This document shows positions 59,614 to 64,000 of a stretch of 64,000 nucleotides of DNA, one piece after another. The translations under genes were made by a program, and so were the position numbers. Positions within the stretch are counted from its first letter, which is position 1. Every line of letters begins with the position of its first letter. This DNA is from an uncultured Pseudomonadota bacterium (GTDB taxonomy: Bacteria; Oederibacteriota; Muellerivitia; Muellerivitales; Muellerivitaceae). The notes under the pieces were generated by a model. The model had not been told where the DNA came from. It searched no databases and saw only the letters and a list, made by a program, of their open reading frames with translations. Location: contig CAVYRH010000026.1 in NCBI GenBank assembly GCA_963770835.1, positions 640,001-704,000 of the forward strand. The letters run 5' to 3'.

Positions 59614-62600
59614 ATGAACTTAAAACGTTACTTGAAACCCGAGGCCGTACTTACCATTAATCGGCTTAAACCAGTCAACTTGCATGTTTTTGGTTGGGTT
59701 GCCGTTTTTTTCTTCACGTTTGGATCGGCCCAACCAGCCTCTGTCACTAAATCGTCCGATAAGTCGAACTATCTCTTGGGGAATCCGGTCACCTGGACCC
59801 TGGTGGTGCAACCGGGTGACGCTGCAGGCTCGGTGACCTACCAATATCCCATGACTTCCATGCCGGCTGGCTGGACAACAACGGGAGGAAGCTGGGCCGG
59901 AGCCTCTTGGGGTACCCGTACCGAAGAAGGGGGGGGCTGTACGGGCCTGAACTATGGGCCCTACGGAGCTGGCGCAGCCAACGAATACCCGCAAATTCTT
60001 TCCAACGTGCTGGCCCCGGCCAACGTGGAATTTGACTACCAAGCCTGTCTTCCCTCCCAGGCCTATTCGGGCGACGACGACACGATTTTTATCCCCCGCT
60101 ATACCGACTGCCAGAACTATTACATGATACGGGGCGACGCTTGGGACCTGAGCGATACCTGTGGCCCCAACAGCATGCTTTTCCTCGATTCGGTGTCCCC
60201 CAACGGGGGGGCCTGTACTACCACCTTCAGCGACGGAAACAGTGGTACGACTGGCGTCACCAAATCCAATATCCCCTGTATCCAACGCAATATCTGGTAC
60301 GATTATCGGGTCCGCATTTGCAACGGTGAATTGATGGCCAAGCAATGGCAGGACGGTACCACCGAACCAGGCTGGGAGATCGACGACCCGGGTGCCGTGC
60401 CCAATGCGCCGGGCACGTTCGGGTTTCAAGCCAACCAGGGCGAGATCACCTTCCGTAACCTCACCGTTTATGCCCTGGGCGCCGAAAACAACGTGGTAGT
60501 GACGGACACCTTCCCCTCCTGCTTGACAGGACTCAGCAGCGCTTGCGGCAGCTTCGCGGGCAGCAATTTCACCTGGAACGTCGGCAATTTCGCCTCAGCC
60601 TGCGCGACCCCGGTGACCTGCAACGTTACCTCCAACATCAGCTGCACCTGCCCCGCCGGACCCATGACCAACATTGCTAATATCACCAGCAGTTTGGGCG
60701 CAGGCGCGCCCAGCACTGCCATTATCAATGTGGGCTCTTTTACCCTTACCAAATCCACAACCATGTCGGGCCCCGCCACCCAAAATGGAGCAACTCCCTA
60801 CAACCTTGTCTTGTGCAACACAGGCTCCACTGCTTATAACGCAGTGGTTACCATTCAAGACAACCTCAACCCGGGAGGGGTCAGTGGGTTGAACTTTAAC
60901 GGCTGGTCGCCTCCAGGCGGTGGAAACTTTAATGACCTCATTAACTGGCATAACGACGGGCCCGCTTCGGTGCAAATGATAAATAACGCCACGGACTCAC
61001 CCGAATTCGGCGTCGAGGATATTCCGGGTGGGGCTTGTATTACCATCATTCTGAACTACCAAATTAACGGTTTTCCGAGCGAACCCTGTACGGTCATGAG
61101 CAATTCGGCCTCCATCGTCACCAACGGCTGCCCCGTGACCACCAACGCAGTGGGCATCACCGTTTGCAATTCCACCCCGACCTTCACCCCAACGCCGACG
61201 AATACCCCGACCAAAACCCCCACCTATACCCCCACGAATACCCCCACTATGACGCTGACGCCCACACCCTCCAACACATTTACCAATACCCCTACGAAGA
61301 CTTTCACGGCCACGCCCACGAATACGGCAACACCCACACGAACTTTCACCCCCACGAATACACCAACCACCACCGACACTTTCACGCTCACTAATTCCCC
61401 GACGCAAACGCCGACTAAAACTCCAACAGCTACGCCCACCACAACTCCAACCAATACCTTAACCCAAACGCCGACGAACACTCCGACGAGGACTCCCACC
61501 GAAACACTCACGAATAGCCCGACCAGCACACCGACCCCGACTCCCACCAATACCTTGGTGAATACCCCCACGAACACCCCGACCAAAACCCCCACGACAA
61601 CTCCGACTGTAACCCCAACCTATACTCCTACGGCCTCGCCTACGAACACCCCGACCCGCACGCCTACCGCCACCCCCACCAACTCCCCTACTGTGACTCC
61701 TACCTACACCCCTACCGCCACACCCACGAACACTTTGATCAACACCGCCACCCCCACCAATACGCCCACCAAAACCCCAACAGCTACGCCTACCGCCACC
61801 CCGACGAACACCTTCACTCCCACGGCCACCCCGACCAATACCGCCACCGCCACTCCCACTAATACCTTCATTAATTCTCCCACGCCAACCAATACCCCCA
61901 CCGTGACAGCCACCTACACCCCAACCAACACGCCCACCTTGACCGATACCTTTACCCCCACCCGAACAGTTACGAATACCGCCACCAATACCCCCACCGC
62001 CACGCCCAGCAACACCTACACTCCCTCGAACACACCCACCAATACCGCCACCGCCACTCCCACCGATACCTTCGTGAACACGCCCACCCCAACCAATACC
62101 CCCACCGACACCAACACTTCAACGCCCACCGCCACTGCGACCAATACCCCCACAGTGACGGCTACCTTTACGCCGACCAATACGCCCACTAGTACGAATA
62201 CTTACACCCCCACGGCCACGCCCACGGATACCCCCACCCCCACCCCGACGGATACGCTGGCCAACACCGCCACGAATACGGCCACCAAGACCCCCACCGC
62301 CACACCCACTAACACGAACACTTCAACGCCCACGGCCACACTGACCAATACCCCCACGGTAACGGCCACCTATACGCCGACCAACACCACTACCAATACC
62401 AGTACTTCCACCCCCACGGCCTCCCCGACCAATACACCTACAATGACCGATACCTTCACGCCGACGAATACGGCCACCAACACGAGGACCAACACCCCCA
62501 CCCTGACGGCCACCAATACCCCCACCCTGACCGCGACCTGGACCCCTACCCTCACCCCCACGCCCACTCCGCCGCTGAATGTGACCTTCCAGAAGCAGGT

Positions 62601-63867
62601 AGTCCCCACGACGGCCCAGTCCGGGAGCATTTTGAGCTATACCTTGCAGATCAATGTCACTTCGAACTCGGCCAACGGGGTGGTGGTGACGGACACCCTG
62701 CCGGCCAACGTGTCGTTCGTGGCTTTTGGTTCAGCGCCCTCTGGAACGACGACTTCCTTTATCCCCGCCACGTCGCAGTTGAGCTGGACGCTTCCGGCCA
62801 GCCTCGCGCCGGGGAACTACCAGTTGTCCTACCAGACGAAGGTGAATAACTTTGTGGCAGCGGGGACACCGGTGGTCAACGGGGCCCAGCTGACCTACCC
62901 GGGTCTGTCGGCGCCATTGAACAGCAGCGTGTTGGTGGCCATCATCGGGCAGTACACGGTAAGGATCGATGTTTATAACGAAGCGGGAGAAGTGGTGAAG
63001 CAGATCTATACCCAGCAGCTTTCCCAACCGATCAACAACATTGCCATTGAGTCAAGCGATTCCATCACCAGCCTGCATGGTGCGGATAACGCGGTGACGG
63101 TGTATTACCAGGGCATTGCCATCGCGACCTGGAATGGGACAACTTCCAACGGCGATCCGGCCTCCAACGGGGTCTATTACATCAAGGTGGACAATATCGA
63201 CAGTTCGGGAACGGTGAACAGCACGACCCAGCAGGTGACGGTGAGCCGGTCACTGGCGACGTCGACGATCCTCATCTACAACGAAGCGGGGGAGGAAGTG
63301 AAGAACCTGGTGACTTATTACGATGATCCGGGCCAGGCGACGATATTGGGGGTGCAATTGTCCAGCGCGGTGATCGAGCCGGGAGGGCAAGGGGGCGGGG
63401 TGCCCAACCAGTTGAAAATCATCTTGAGTAGCGGAACAACAGTGGTGTGGGATGGCACGGGCAACAACGGGTCCTACGTGCAAAGCGGGCAATATTTCCT
63501 GGAAGTGCATACAACGAACGGAAACGGCAGTGAAACCACCGTGATCAAGCAGGTATCGGTGGATGGGCGCTCCACGGGAAGCGGGATGGGGGTGGTATCG
63601 GCGGTGCCGAACCTCCTGGGACGGGGCTCGTCGGTGGTGACCTTTCACAATAACTCCGCAATGGGCTTGTTGTTGAGGGTAAGCCTTTATACGGTCGACG
63701 GTGAATTAATCGGACCGCCGGTTACGGGGGACAACGGGGCCAATCCGCCCCAATTGAACACCAGCGGTTTAGCCAGCGGCCTCTATCTCGCGGTGGTGGA
63801 GCTACAAAATGCCGCCAACGGCGGCCTCCTGGGCCGCCAGACTGTCAAAATCGTGGTCATCCACTAA
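59614..63867 (+). CDS. Large secreted DUF11-containing protein with a Thr/Pro stalk and the same C-terminal module as 53286
   Basis: VTKS...[13 protein letters not shown], long TPT(N/A) stalk, [41 protein letters not shown]. Confidence 0.85.
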   Translation: MNLKRYLKPEAVLTINRLKPVNLHVFGWVAVFFFTFGSAQPASVTKSSDKSNYLLGNPVTWTLVVQPGDAAGSVTYQYPMTSMPAGWTTTGGSWAGASWGTRTEEGGGCTGLNYGPYGAGAANEYPQILSNVLAPANVEFDYQACLPSQAYSGDDDTIFIPRYTDCQNYYMIRGDAWDLSDTCGPNSMLFLDSVSPNGGACTTTFSDGNSGTTGVTKSNIPCIQRNIWYDYRVRICNGELMAKQWQDGTTEPGWEIDDPGAVPNAPGTFGFQANQGEITFRNLTVYALGAENNVVVTDTFPSCLTGLSSACGSFAGSNFTWNVGNFASACATPVTCNVTSNISCTCPAGPMTNIANITSSLGAGAPSTAIINVGSFTLTKSTTMSGPATQNGATPYNLVLCNTGSTAYNAVVTIQDNLNPGGVSGLNFNGWSPPGGGNFNDLINWHNDGPASVQMINNATDSPEFGVEDIPGGACITIILNYQINGFPSEPCTVMSNSASIVTNGCPVTTNAVGITVCNSTPTFTPTPTNTPTKTPTYTPTNTPTMTLTPTPSNTFTNTPTKTFTATPTNTATPTRTFTPTNTPTTTDTFTLTNSPTQTPTKTPTATPTTTPTNTLTQTPTNTPTRTPTETLTNSPTSTPTPTPTNTLVNTPTNTPTKTPTTTPTVTPTYTPTASPTNTPTRTPTATPTNSPTVTPTYTPTATPTNTLINTATPTNTPTKTPTATPTATPTNTFTPTATPTNTATATPTNTFINSPTPTNTPTVTATYTPTNTPTLTDTFTPTRTVTNTATNTPTATPSNTYTPSNTPTNTATATPTDTFVNTPTPTNTPTDTNTSTPTATATNTPTVTATFTPTNTPTSTNTYTPTATPTDTPTPTPTDTLANTATNTATKTPTATPTNTNTSTPTATLTNTPTVTATYTPTNTTTNTSTSTPTASPTNTPTMTDTFTPTNTATNTRTNTPTLTATNTPTLTATWTPTLTPTPTPPLNVTFQKQVVPTTAQSGSILSYTLQINVTSNSANGVVVTDTLPANVSFVAFGSAPSGTTTSFIPATSQLSWTLPASLAPGNYQLSYQTKVNNFVAAGTPVVNGAQLTYPGLSAPLNSSVLVAIIGQYTVRIDVYNEAGEVVKQIYTQQLSQPINNIAIESSDSITSLHGADNAVTVYYQGIAIATWNGTTSNGDPASNGVYYIKVDNIDSSGTVNSTTQQVTVSRSLATSTILIYNEAGEEVKNLVTYYDDPGQATILGVQLSSAVIEPGGQGGGVPNQLKIILSSGTTVVWDGTGNNGSYVQSGQYFLEVHTTNGNGSETTVIKQVSVDGRSTGSGMGVVSAVPNLLGRGSSVVTFHNNSAMGLLLRVSLYTVDGELIGPPVTGDNGANPPQLNTSGLASGLYLAVVELQNAANGGLLGRQTVKIVVIH

Positions 63868-64000
63868 CCGATTTAAATAAACAAAGAGGATCTCTCATTC
63901 TCTTGCCAATTTCGAACTTGTCTTGCGCCATCTTTCCGTGCGAAAGCTACGGATGAAAGGCCATGGATTCTACTGGAAGGCTTCCTCCCCCAGCTGGTTG

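Noticed and set aside
55780..62580. Long ACN/CCN-rich repeat tracts as a CRISPR array or satellite
   Set aside because: They are in-frame Thr/Pro/Ser codons within long ORFs; there is no constant repeat with unique spacers and no cas gene.

Overview
A GC-rich bacterial chromosomal window, probably from a diderm given the lipoproteins, periplasmic proteins, a beta-barrel candidate and T9SS-like C-terminal tails. All calls are by-eye motif recognition; no searches were run. Left part: the end of a sigma-54 activator gene and a -24/-12 promoter before a DUF11 lipoprotein, an MFS transporter apparently starting at CTG, a cyclophilin, and a thiol/peroxide redox cluster. Next come signalling genes (adenylate cyclase, PilZ, ECF sigma plus NrsF-like anti-sigma, STAS). 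Middle accessory part (25.9-43 kb): a Y1/HUH (RAYT-like) transposase with 26-bp inverted ends. The end motif (GGGGTCRG-N2-heptad-heptad) occurs five times and brackets two foreign segments. One holds a 5'-truncated Rhs gene with a SleB-like toxin tip, its immunity gene and an integrase-core transposase; the other holds an AT-rich SIR2-like fragment plus an orphan gene. This site-and-cargo arrangement is the best candidate for an undescribed gene-capture system. The same part holds an AbrB/Doc toxin-antitoxin pair, a MITE nested in REP-like repeats, and two convergent membrane-anchored ParB-like paralogues. Right part: crcB/DUF190 and very large Thr/Pro-stalked secreted proteins (GH5, an expansin-tipped protein, a DUF11 protein). 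GH2, GH12 and a SASA esterase also point to plant-polysaccharide use. No rRNA, tRNA or CRISPR array was seen. Three same-direction frameshifts may be assembly errors.
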